A stretch of 64,000 bases of DNA from Eledone cirrhosa (Eukaryota), in the NCBI GenBank assembly GCA_964016885.1, contig OZ024747.1, positions 5,022,001 to 5,086,000 of the forward strand, in the 5' to 3' direction. Under the pieces are notes generated by a model. The model was not told the DNA's origin. It ran no database searches and saw nothing but the letters and a program-made list of their open reading frames with translations. Below, in pieces: positions 30,081 to 44,567 of the stretch. A program made the translations under genes and the position numbers. Numbering within the stretch: the first letter of the stretch is position 1; each line of letters opens with the position of its first letter.

Positions 30081-30599
30081 GGAAGAAATATATATATATA
30101 TATATTCAAGAGCGAATGAGATAAATAGAAATATATCAAAAATTAAAACAGGAGATAATGTGTAAAGAATGTAAGAAGATATATTTACATATGAGGAGTA
30201 TAGTGAAATTTAACCAAAATATCAAACGAAACATACCGGACATTAAATAACTATTTTACTCTCTCGTACATAATTCCTTTATATGGCTTCAGAAACCAGG
30301 TTTCACCTTTGAAATCGTTGAGTTCAATGATTAATTAGTATCATCGACGAGAGAGAACCAACTATATGAACTTACACCTCTAAAACAAATCTAAGGATTG
30401 GCCGAAACACGAGTTTCGAAAATACTACCACGTCTTAGTTTTGTCCAAGTAACCTGAATAGGTACGTAGATAGCTAGAAATAGCAGTAAAAAATACATTC
30501 AACAATAAAAAAGCTCGACTAAAATACCATTCAGAAGCATGTCTGTAATTTTCTCAGACACGACACCTTTATTCATTTTAGTAATATAAATATGCTCTC

Positions 30600-30646
<47 letters not shown>

Positions 30647-30669
30647 TCAACAACAGCAACAGTAATAAC

Positions 30670-30935
30670 GATAGTTATCCGTGAAAGAAAGTATTTTCTA
30701 ATCGATATATCAGTCCCAACAGACAGAAAAATATATCGCTGAAAGAAATAGAGAAATTATCCAAAGTTATGGAAATTCAGATAATTAGAATATAATGATT
30801 GAAAACAGAAACAATCCCCATATTAAAAGGTGACTTGGAAATGATTAAATATACGCAGTAAATAAATAACAAAGAGCCTCAGGACTTGTAAACACTTAGT
30901 CACTGCACATATATCGTTAGGAGTCTTTCCAATAA
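30670..30935 (+). mobile_element. Degenerate RLE-domain remnant of an R4/Dong-like LINE, next to (AAT)n
   Basis: Translates with frameshifts as FLIDISVPTDR.ISLKEIEKLSK...LKTETIPILKG. Confidence 0.6.
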
Positions 30936-31562
30936 CGTAAAATATCAGTATTACGTAGAGTATACATAGAAATATATATTGTTCTATAGAAAGTCAGATA
31001 GAATACTTTGTGGTATTCGTTCTGGCTTTCAGCACTCTGGGCTCAAATCCCGCCAAGGTCAACTTTGCCTTTCACACATCCAAGGTCGATAAAAAAAAGT
31101 ACCAGTCTATTCCTGGAGTTGGTTTTTACTCTTTCTCGCTTTCTTTCTCTCACTCTCTAACTCTGTATGGAAGAAATAGGCTGTGCTCAAACCTGAAAAG
31201 AAAATGGGCTCTGCAAGGTTTAAAATGCTCCAAACAATGCCGTCTGTCAATATGGTGCCTCTACGACTCCATCTGGAGTTAAGGGTTCATACACATACAT
31301 ATATTTTCTATGTAATATATATGCAAAGGTGGTCGATGTGGCAGAGTCTTTAGAGCGTTGGATATTTGTTGCAAGTCTTTGCGTCCTGAATTAGAACCCC
31401 ATCGAGATTAACTTTGCCTTTCATTCTTTTAGAGTCGATAAAGTAAGTACCATCTCAGTACTGGTGCAAACTCTTCCATTCCAGCTATCACATCACAGCT
31501 GTTCCGCTAGTTCAATGATTAAGGGTCATACTTGATTGCGAATAACGACTGTAGTTTTAATA

Positions 31563-31803
31563 TACAGGGTGTCGCTTCTGTCTGGACACAGGAAATATCA
31601 CTAATAAATAGTGATATTTCCTGTGTCCAGACAGAACTATCTATAATTTTTGGCCCCATAGAATAAATATGAATTTATCGAAATAAGAAAAGATTAAACT
31701 GGCACTTCTTAGTGGAAGTAAAAGATAGTTAGATAGACAGAAAGCAGATGTTTTTGATGTACGTCATCCCAGAAAGACCCTAGACTTTAGGGGCACCTTG
31801 CAT
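31563..31803. mobile_element. Mariner-like MITE remnant with internal perfect 28-bp hairpin
   Basis: Ends TACAGGGTGTC ... GGCACCTTGCA. Hairpin arms are 31576-31603 and 31609-31636. Confidence 0.55.
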
Positions 31804-32374
31804 ATGTTGCGCATATATATACAAAATATACAGAAATAGACGCTGCCTGACTAAATGGTTGAAAGATTCCCTTCACAACCACGAGGGTCAGGCTCAAGGT
31901 CATTGCATGGAATTTTAGACAGATGTCTTTCAGATAGCTCCGAGTCGACCCAAGTCATGTGAGTGAAATTAGATAGACAGGAGTTATATAGCTGTCACAT
32001 AATGTTTCATGCTGATTATACGCACGAATTACATTAGGAAAACAAGTGGAAGTGGAATATTCATCTATATCGACGATAATTCAATAAATAGGTACTTAAG
32101 TTGATTGGAAAACTGAATACTCATTGTTAAATCTTATGGAGATCGAATTGATATAAACGTATTGCGTCGTGAAATTTGAAGAACAGGAAAGAGCAGTAAA
32201 AAGCACTACACATATTTCTATATAACGTAGATGGCCCTCAGGCACTTATGTATGTGTGCAAAGACAGCACCTCTGTGAACTACACACATTATTATGTAGA
32301 CTATTTTCAATACAATATAAAATACAAAAACAAATAAAACAGCTCATATATTCAAGGAACACAGAGCTACATTG

Positions 32375-32745
32375 TGAAAGGAAATAAAATTTGTTGTAGA
32401 ATTTCAGCATCCAATATGATCAAATGATTGAGACTAGAATGTCTGGCATAATTATTGCAAAGAAAAAGGAAAACACTAATAATAGATCTAGCAAACCGAG
32501 TGACAACAGAGTGTGGGGGAAGAACACGATAGTATTGAGAAATACTAAAATCTAAAAAAGAGAAATTGTATGAGTGTGGATTATGAAAATATGTTGAAAT
32601 TTCGCACCCGTTGTGGACAGTTTGGGTACAATGATGAAGAAAATAAAGTGTCAGGAGATTGGTTTGGAAATTTAAATGAAACTATTACAGAGAGTCACAT
32701 TATAAGAAAACGCAACGATCCTAAAGAAAGTGCTCAATATGTAAG
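32375..32745 (+). mobile_element. Degenerate RLE-domain remnant of an R4/Dong-like LINE
   Basis: Broken frames give NFSIQYDQMIETRMSGIII...IIDLA.PSDNRV...IEKY*NLKREI, followed by an AAC/AAT-rich tail near 32845. Confidence 0.55.
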
Positions 32746-33079
32746 CTGATTTAAGAATCCCATCGGGCAATAGGGCCATAGGTCATCGGCTATTACTCTC
32801 TTCTAGAGTTCTAAAAATGATAAAAATCCATCTGCGTTAAGGGCAACAATAATACAACAATAACAGCAACAACAAAAGAAGTAACAATAATAATTGTTTC
32901 TGACATAAAATATTGATTTCTGTTCTAGACACAAGGCCAGTAAGTTTTAGGGAAGGGCGAATTTGGTTAAATCAATCCCAGTATTGGTACTTTAATTTAT
33001 AGACCCTTTTATTTAAACACCAAGAGCAATTACATGCATTTTTGCGGCGTTTTAGTTTTAACTGGGGAAGCAATTGTGT

Positions 33080-33320
33080 TGGTGTCAGCCACGACATTTT
33101 TTGCGGGTGACTTTTACACTTCCGTTCTCATACACATTACTGCATGTTGTAGGGAGTGTGTATATATTGTTGGTGTATGAGGAGTGGGTTTTGGAGAGTA
33201 GTCTCTTCATTAAAAGCATTGATTGCACCAGTTGTATATTCAAACCTTCACTACAGATAGATTGGTGGAGAGCAGTGGTTGTCCTCTCGTTGAAATGCGG
33301 CAGTTTTAGATAACTCTTTA
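33080..33320 (-). mobile_element. Possible Penelope-like ORF remnant (RT to GIY-YIG linker)
   Basis: The minus strand reads YLKLPHFNERTTTALHQSICSEGLNIQL...LMKRLLSK...VKVTRKKC, similar in pattern to PLE linker regions (recalled, not aligned). Confidence 0.4.
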
Positions 33321-33477
33321 TATTTCCTATTAAAATTGAATCAATGGATTCTTAATAACATATCTCACAATATTCCATATAAACTATACTATGTGGCTAT
33401 ATTATGTTATCTTTGGAATCGATAAGAATGCATATCATTAAATATTCTATAATCTTTTTTATTTTATTATTATTCAG

Positions 33478-33779
33478 GTCAAACCAGTTGCCAATCTTCT
33501 GAGAAGCAGCAAAGCTTAGGAGATAAAACTCTAGCAACACTTAACAGACCCACTAAATATATCGGCACCGGTACTCTTGCCAGATGTGCTTATCAACCGA
33601 ATGTTGGCCAAGTTATTCAACCAACTGATGTTATCGATCTGAAATCGGTTCAAGTGACCAACAACAGTCCTAACACAAGTTCTCAGCCTTGGAATTTACC
33701 ATCAAAGAACAGCTTCACAACTTACAGTAAACCCTTGCCAGCATTACCAAGAATACCTCATTCACAGGACTTCAGATAG
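33478..33779 (+). CDS. Terminal coding exon of the same probable protocadherin
   Basis: T-rich tract plus TTCAG acceptor ending at 33477. The phase-1 continuation is open for 99 codons to TAG (33777-33779): GQTSCQSSEKQQSLGDKTLATLNRPTKYIGTGTLARCAYQPNVGQVIQPTDVIDLKSVQVTNNSPNTSSQPWNLPSKNSFTTYSKPLPALPRIPHSQDFR*. It is absent from the ORF track. Confidence 0.8.
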
Positions 33780-33881
33780 TGCGTCACCACAGTGTGTAAT
33801 TGATGTCAATAATAATAATAACAATAATAATAATAACATTAATAATAATAATTATAATAATGAAGATGATGATGATGATGA

Positions 33882-34327
33882 TGATTTCTACTATAGGTAG
33901 AAGGCCAGCAATTTTGGGGGAGGGGAAAGTCGATTAAATCGACCCCAGTGTGTGATTGATACTTTATTTTATCAACCTCGTAAGGAAGGAAGGCAAAGTT
34001 AACCTCAGCGGGATTTGAACTCAGAACGTGGAGGACCATAAACTCTATACCACAAGAGATGTGCGACGCTCTACCGTTATAATAATAATAATAATAATAA
34101 TTGTTTCATTTGTTGGCCACAAGGGCCGTATAATAATTATTTCTAATTTTGGCACAAGGCCAGCAATTGTCCCAGTGTATTACTGGTACTTTATTTTATC
34201 GACCCCGTAAGGATGAAAGGCAAAGTTAACCTCGGCGGGATTTGAGCTCAGATCATAAAGAGCCGTAACTCTGTGCTGCAAAGCATGGCGCCCAACCCTC
34301 TACCGGTACTGCCAATCCACCGCCCTC
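33882..34327 (-). mobile_element. Two SINE family A copies (33882-34077, 34137-34327) just downstream of the stop codon
   Basis: Reverse-complement copies with B-box and core. Confidence 0.88.
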
Positions 34328-34508
34328 ATAATAATAATACAAATAATGATAACGATACCGATTATAATGAAGGCCTGGGGGTTTTTGTAAACTCTCTTGC
34401 CTCGGATCCTTTCATGAACAAAACTGATTCATGCGTTGTAAAGAGATAGATAAGACCTATAAGACTTTCAACAGTAATAAAATGGACTTCGACTGCGTAT
34501 ACTGATAT

Positions 34509-34544
<36 letters not shown>

Positions 34545-34722
34545 AGACACACGCACACATACACACAGACACACGCGCGCGCAGATACACATGGGTCACA
34601 ATGCATGCATATATGGGATAATATAAATACATTTAAATATTCGTATGTGCGTTGATATACTCACACATACATTTTTAGACTCACATACACAAATATATAT
34701 ATAATCGCATATACATACCTAC

Positions 34723-34832
<110 letters not shown>

Positions 34833-34931
34833 TATATACTTGTATGGATAAATATATATGTGTGTATATATAAATAGATATACATATATATATGTATATT
34901 ATATACAAGCATGGATACATGTATATGTGTG

Positions 34932-35047
<116 letters not shown>

Positions 35048-35148
35048 CATCTTATGCCTGTGTGGGTGTGAATGTGTTGGATTGCATAACTGAAAATCTG
35101 TTTGAAGATTTGTTTCAACTGTACTGATATATCAATATATACACACAC

Positions 35149-35244
<96 letters not shown>

Positions 35245-35370
35245 AGAGAACTCACACACACATATCGTAAACGAATATTGATGTGCTGCGTGCAAGTGTC
35301 ATTTTCTGCAGAAGTCTAAACTCCCTGTATAATAATGTTGCGTGCAGGCCTGTATATAAGAGACCTTGGG

Positions 35371-35428
<58 letters not shown>

Positions 35429-35435
35429 TATATAC

Positions 35436-35483
<48 letters not shown>

Positions 35484-35484
35484 C

Positions 35485-35552
<68 letters not shown>

Positions 35553-35671
35553 CTGTATATATATATATATATATATATATGTTTACTCTCATATAAATAT
35601 ACATATATGTGAAGGGAGAGGAGCATATTTGGTGTGTGCTTGTGAGTCTGTGTGTATATATATATATATAC

Positions 35672-35735
<64 letters not shown>

Positions 35736-36242
35736 ACTGCATATATGCATGTATGTGTGTGCATATGCAAACACGCTCGGTACTCAATCACATATATATG
35801 TTAATATAAGAGTATATATAATCTAATATATATTAATATATTCCCAATATATCACAAATACAAACAAAACACACGTGACATACACGCATGTATGTATACT
35901 CATATATTAACACAATTGTATGTACGTATATATCTGCGTGTATATATATATATATATATATATATAAATACATATGTATATATATATTATATATATATAT
36001 ACATACACACATATATATATGTGTGTATGCATATATATATATATACATATATAATATATACATATGTGTGTGTGCTACGTGTGTGTATGTATATACCTGT
36101 ACACTTACATACTTATATCTATCTGCTCAGTGTCTGTGTGTGTGTCTGTGTGTGTGTGTGTCTGTGTGTGTCTGTGTGTGTGTGTCTGTGTGTGTATGTG
36201 TGTGTGTGTCTGTCTGTTTGTGTCTGTGTGTGTATGTGTGTG

Positions 36243-36273
<31 letters not shown>

Positions 36274-36274
36274 C

Positions 36275-36328
<54 letters not shown>

Positions 36329-36690
36329 GGTGAATGAAACGTGGACGCAGAGAGAATACTATTATTTCAGAGACTTTAAAGAACAACAGGAAGAAAAACA
36401 AGCAAATGGTGATTCCAATTACGCTACTTGCAGACACTCAGGTGACATTAGATGACATTTCAAGGGCTGTGAACAATAAGGAAGTTGTGTGTCGCTAGCT
36501 GTACGCATGTGCTTCCGCTGCTCTGTCGACCAATCACATTGTGTTGTAGAAGCGAGCGTGCTCTTTCGCATGCCACATGGAAAATGTAAAAGGATTAATG
36601 AAAAATGAAACAAAATATAAATGTATAAAATTAAATAATAATGATGTTCCCAGGTTTAACTCTGTATATGTATATGTATGCATACACACA

Positions 36691-36775
<85 letters not shown>

Positions 36776-38323
36776 TTGTATCGATGTATCTATACATCTA
36801 TGCATACATGTATATATACAAATACATATATATATATATGTGTGTGCGCGCGTAAATATGTATATATACATACATATATAAACATACATTCATACATACA
36901 TATTTATACACACATATATACACATACATATGTAGTTATATATATAATTGTTTCTACTTTTGGCACAGGGCCAGCAATTATTCCAGTGTATTACTGGTAG
37001 TTATATATATTAGGTTAAAGGCTGACGGACAGCTCCTGTCTCAGATACATCCTTCCCAAAAATTCGATGAATATTCTTTTACCCTTCTATTTTAATTTTC
37101 TCCCTTTACTAAAACTATTCTATACCTGATCTATTGCCATACTCGTGAGGACGGCTGATAGAATGCCTTGTACTATACACTCTGGCTTTCTACTCTCTGA
37201 ATTCAAATCCTGCAGAGGTCAACTTTCCAGGTCTATAAAATAAGTACCAGTTCACTACTGGAGTCGATTCTTCCTCTACATCTCATTCTCACAATCATTC
37301 TCTCATACTCTATTCTTCTCCAGAAGAAATATGTTGTATTCAGATCTAGAGAAAAGGGAGTGTTGCGCCAAGTTTCAAAAATGTCTTAGAAATGCCGTAT
37401 GTGAACATGGCGTCCCTACTTCTCCCTCCGCAGATACAGAACTATATGCACCATTATGGTGATATGAGAATTACCTTTCCGTCAGGTACGCTGCATCGGC
37501 GTGTAAACTTCTTGTGACCGTATCTTCAGAATGTTTCCTTACAAACGTAATTCATATACCTTTAAGGCGATGAGAGAAAGAGCTCAAGAAATATAGAAGA
37601 GAGAGAAATACATAGACATACAGACCGACTGGATGTATCAATATGTAATAACAATTTTCTCAGCCAATTATTTTGATGAAATATATGTAAACTTCGACAA
37701 ATATTAAAATCACTAACTACTGTTTATATTTTTTTAAAACAAGATATTATATAAAGTAATCTTAGATACCTGAATAAAAGACAGAAGAATGGTCATGAAA
37801 AATAGTCTACCAAGATAGGGCTTGTCGATTAGAGCTGACATTGACAGAACGACCAGAACAATAGCAACAATAATAATATATAACACGACTGCCACCCCAA
37901 TACAGAAGCATCACTACTGTAACTCGACTAGTAGAAATCAGAATCGAAGATTAATAAATAAAAAATGTAACAGAAATACATGTCGGAACATACATAGGTC
38001 TCGTAATCAGCCAAATCTCGTTGTTATGTAGCTAAAATAAAAGCTAAAATGGCGTATATAACAACAACGATAAAAAAAATACTAGATTCCACTTTCACTT
38101 ACTGTGTTCGACGAACCTGAAAGCAGTGTCACGCTACCTTGAAACGTTGATGAAATAAATATAGATATGACTGAATCAGAATTACCAAACAGCCTGTAAA
38201 TAAAACGAACATGAAATAAAATATGAATATTTCAAAAAACAAAACATGTAATATAAATTATGTGAATGTTGAAGAAAGTTGCATATATTTAATGACATAT
38301 ATATGTGGGCGTGTGTGTAAATG

Positions 38324-38369
<46 letters not shown>

Positions 38370-38373
<4 letters not shown>

Positions 38374-38567
38374 AACCAGTAAGACCCCGACAGCTGAGCT
38401 CAAGCCGTTTCGACGGATAATTCTGGACTCAGTCCAGAATTAGCCGTCGAAACGGCTTGAGCTCAGCTGTCGGGGTCTTACTGGTTCCTATTACCCACTC
38501 TACTACCCCAAGTATTGAGTACTTTGGTGCGTTATGGTCCACCTGGTTCCTTACCACATTTCCTTCG

Positions 38568-38568
<1 letters not shown>
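38370..38568 (+). mobile_element. Fold-back element family F1 in (TA)n
   Basis: 60-bp inverted arms (38370-38429 and 38431-38490, one mismatch) plus a roughly 78-bp unique tail; (TA)n on both sides. Confidence 0.9.
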
Positions 38569-38611
<43 letters not shown>

Positions 38612-38690
38612 ATATATACATTGATTTATATATATATATGTGTATATATATGTATATATATATATATATGTGTGTGTGTGTATGTATATT

Positions 38691-38775
<85 letters not shown>

Positions 38776-38844
38776 TTACATAAATATATATATAAATCAA
38801 TGTGTGAATGATCGGTACATGTATGTGTATATATATATATATAT

Positions 38845-38938
<94 letters not shown>

Positions 38939-41075
38939 GTATACAGTTGTATATATGTATATATGTATATATATATGTGGTACCGTTTTATTCGATTTAC
39001 AAATTCAATTTCTGTTACTTTATTTCATGTTAAGCATATGTTTCTTCGAGGGCTGTATATAGTTTGTACAAAACATGTTTGTCAATATATACATATACAT
39101 ACATACATAAATATATACATATATATATATATGTTTATATACATAAATATATATACACATACACCCACGCATACACACACACATACACACACAAGACCGC
39201 GCACAATTTGTGCACAAATATATTGGTATGAGTGAAGAAGAAAATAACTGCTTCTATAAAATATAAAATACAATTCAAAATTTGTTTCGTTGTTATATTT
39301 CTTATGATTTCTTTGTGTTGTGCTTAAATTAGAAACCGACGGAGTTTTCCGATGAGGTATATCAGGTAAGAGAATATCTTTGGATATTACATAAGATATC
39401 TAAACGACTACGAGTCTGTGCCCGACTCTCTCCGTTGTTTTCATTTAGCTTCTATTTATTTATGATATGTTTTGTTTTTATCGTTGTTGGTTTTTCAGCG
39501 TTATACCATCTTTTATCAACCAGTTAAAAATCATTTCGTTCATTCGGAAGATTATATAATCTAATTTGAGTGTCGTCTGATATTATCAAGGTAATCAAAT
39601 GTTAAATTCTGTCCCAAGCGCAGCCTCATCAGGCCAGAACTTATCCTGGTTTCATTGACGTTAAGCAACTGAAAGTACACGAGGCCAGTCCATCAAAGGT
39701 TTAACCCCCAGTTGGAATTGAGTCCCAATATTCAGTTGAAAGCAATGTAGTAACTTAAATGGAAAAGTCTTGATAATGAACTCAACTAATTAACTGATAC
39801 GGTAATAGAACCTTTGTCCTTAGAAATATGAGTGCAAAAACTTAACGCTATTAAGAGCAAACGGTAATTAATCTGATTCTACTTGGGCCGTACTGATGAT
39901 CATTGAAGCGAGAGAAAGAGAGTATCTTTCATTGAAGGACCTGAACAGAATGCTTCCAACAGAGTGGATTCCGTTAAAGGCACCCAAAGGCATCTCGTCC
40001 AATGCACTAACAATTCTATAGCTAAACACCAATAAAAACACATATACAAACGCTCATAAATAATATCTCAAGCATATACATAGTTCAATGGACGAATATA
40101 TATCAAATGGTTGGAAAGAATTTAGTATCGATGTTTCATGTAATAGACGCCGTTCAAATATTTATTCCAGTTATGACTAACAAATACTTTGGCTGGCTTA
40201 ATGCCTTAATGGTGTTTTAGTTATTTTATTATATATCGAAATGGAGAAACAATAAGACTAGTTGGTTATAAATATGATCGACCATGGTTAACTATGGTTG
40301 ACCGGGGGCTAAACAACAACCACAACAACCTTTGAACCGCTAAGCATCAATGAACTTCAATCCAACTCTATTCATTGACTTTGTTCAAAATCATTATCCT
40401 TACATACAGTGTATATTATTACATATAAATGTATTTAGTGTATGTTTACATTATGCAGTACATTAAGTCAATGTTTATGTGTTTAAAACATACTGGCGGT
40501 GAATTAGCAGTTGACGCCAAATACTAGAAGTTTCAGTGGTGAATTGGCAGTCATTGGAGCGTGGACAAGACACCTTGTGGTATTTGACCCCGCTCGCTGA
40601 TCTCCCGTATCAAATCCAGCCCGGTTTCAGTTTGCCTCTCATAAGTTTTAACAGATTTTTCTGAATATCTTAGAAAAATCCGTTTTAAAAAAATGGTTAA
40701 AATTTGAACATAAGTGTGCCTTAAATAACGCATATCTAAGAGAAAAGCTGCTCCTTACCCCTCATATATATGGGGGAGACGTGTGTGTGTTGGTAGAAGG
40801 TACTAGCCCGATGCTGTTGCAGCCGTCTCTCCGGCTAGCTGGATGCGCCGCTGGATCATGGGATTTACTCACGACTACATGGGCACGTAAATCCCTTCGC
40901 AGAAGCATGGTACATACTACCAAGTCATACTCGATTGCAAGTGACAATTGTAGTTTAGTTGTGTAGTGTGTGGAAGAGAGTGAGAGAGACTGAGAATATA
41001 TTTCTCTTCGTATATATGTAGATGGAAGTTAAATGATTGTGATATCCACACACAAACACACAAACATATAGAAGC

Positions 41076-41740
41076 GTGTGTGTATATCAGTGTATATGTG
41101 TGTATATCAGTGTATATGTGTGTGTATATGTGTGTATATGTGTGTATATCAGTGTATATGTGTGTGTATATGTGTGTATATGTGTGTATATGTGTGTATA
41201 TAAGTGTATATCACTGTATATGCGTGTATATCAGTGTATATCAGTGTATATCAGTGTATATCACTGTATATCAGTGTATATCAGTGTATATCAGTGTATA
41301 TGTGTGTATATCAGTGTATATCAGTGTATATGTGTGTATATCAGTGTATATGTGTGTATATCAGTGTATATCAGTGTATATGTGTGTATATCAGTGTATA
41401 TCAGTGTATATCAGTGTATATCAGTGTATATGTGTGTATATCAGTGTATATCAGTGTATATGTGTGTATATAAGTGTATATCAGTGTATATGTGTGTATA
41501 TCAGTGTATATCAGTGTATATCAGTGTATATCAGTGTATATGTGTGTATATCAGTGTATATGTGTGTATATCAGTGTATATCAGTGTATATCAGTGTATA
41601 TGTGTGTATATCAGTGTATATCAGTGTATATCAGTGTATATGTGTGTATATCAGTGTATATCAGTGTATATCAGTGTATATCAGTGTATATCAGTGTATA
41701 TGTGTGTATATCAGTGTATATGTGTGTATATCAGTGTATG
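41076..41740. repeat. 10-bp minisatellite of two variant units (TATATCAGTG / TATATGTGTG)
   Basis: Directly visible, about 65 units. Confidence 0.95.
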
Positions 41741-43208
41741 TGTGCCTATGTGGTAGTGCAATAGTAAGAGGAGGAATATTTACTTCTGTCGATTTTATCT
41801 GCCTGCGTGTATAAAATGTATATTCACCTGAAGCATGTTTGTGTATATAAAACACTTCACAAACACGCTGTTTCAGATTCAATGCCACGGCGTGGTACCT
41901 GGAGCACATGTCTTTTCCTATAGTCACTTATGCAAAATTTGGCAAACAGAAACTATGTGGATGCCCATTTGTATATATATTCTGTTACTAAGTTCGGCCC
42001 TCGGACTATAGCATTAAGGATGTGCAACCTTCAGCCGTTTAATCAATCCTATCAACTCCACTGTTTATTTTAGTTTGATACATGTTTATGAACGTGTATT
42101 GACGAAACGCTAAGTTACACACCAAGTACAGTATAATTGATTACTTTAATAAGCTTCTAGTATAACATTATTCATGAAAATCAGATACATTAAAAGCGGA
42201 TTTGGATAGCTTCCAGTCGTGAAGTTTTAAAACTGTAAAGAACACACAGAATGATACATAAACAACTGTTTGAATATTGTTTTTTGTAGAAAGAGAAAAC
42301 CAAGGATTGTTTTAACCGGTTTCAATTCTAATTAGGTTCCCCTCGAAAACCTGAAACCTGTTTTCTCTGCTCGTGAAAATATACAGATATTTAATTTTTT
42401 TTCTTACCTGTAACAATTGAGGGAATCGTGAGGAAATTATAGGGGTGTCGTATGAACGTCTTAGGGGCACCATGTTGACATATGGCGTTTCTTGGGCATT
42501 TTAAACCTTGGTGGGACCCATCTTCTCTTCAGATCTGAATACACCCGATTTCTTCGAGAGTAAGATAGAAGATGAGAGAATGGAAATGAGAAAGGGGTAT
42601 AGAGGAAGAATCGACCCCAGTATTAAACTGGAACTTTTTTTTCGATGACCCCCTAATGGATGAAAATATATATAGCTGATAACTATTCATAAATACTGCG
42701 TTAAATAGTTACACTGGGCCGGTGAATCTGATTTGTATATATAACAAAATGATAGAGACGTACCTTCTCTATCTACAAACACTACTACCACCATCATCTT
42801 CATCTCCACCAACACAACAAACATTACATATCATCATCATCATCATCCTCATCATCAACTTCCCCCACAAACATTACCACCATCATCATCACCATCACCA
42901 CAAGCACAACCACCAACATCCTCCTCATTATGATCATATTCATACGAGAAAAACAACAACAACAACAACAACAACAACATGTTGACAATAACTGCAACAA
43001 CTGTAACAACAACAATAGTAAACTAAATCGATGTGAAAGTCAAAAATGTCACCAATATGGCTGAGAGAACATAGCTTACGGCAATATTGTGTATAGTAAA
43101 CAGTCTTACGGAAATGGCTGACATGTTTAATATAGTTATAAACTGGATGTTGTCTTTCAAATTAACACGTGAAACTAACAGATATTTTGGGTTTATTTAA
43201 CCCCCTCA

Positions 43209-43295
<87 letters not shown>

Positions 43296-43315
43296 ATATA
43301 TATATATATATATTG

Positions 43316-43420
<105 letters not shown>

Positions 43421-43459
43421 GTATATATATATATGTATATATATGTATATATATATATG

Positions 43460-43576
<117 letters not shown>

Positions 43577-43583
43577 GTATATA

Positions 43584-43714
<131 letters not shown>

Positions 43715-43720
43715 TGTATA

Positions 43721-44172
<452 letters not shown>

Positions 44173-44185
44173 GTATATATATATG

Positions 44186-44254
<69 letters not shown>

Positions 44255-44255
44255 G

Positions 44256-44411
<156 letters not shown>

Positions 44412-44426
44412 GTATATATATATATG

Positions 44427-44567
<141 letters not shown>

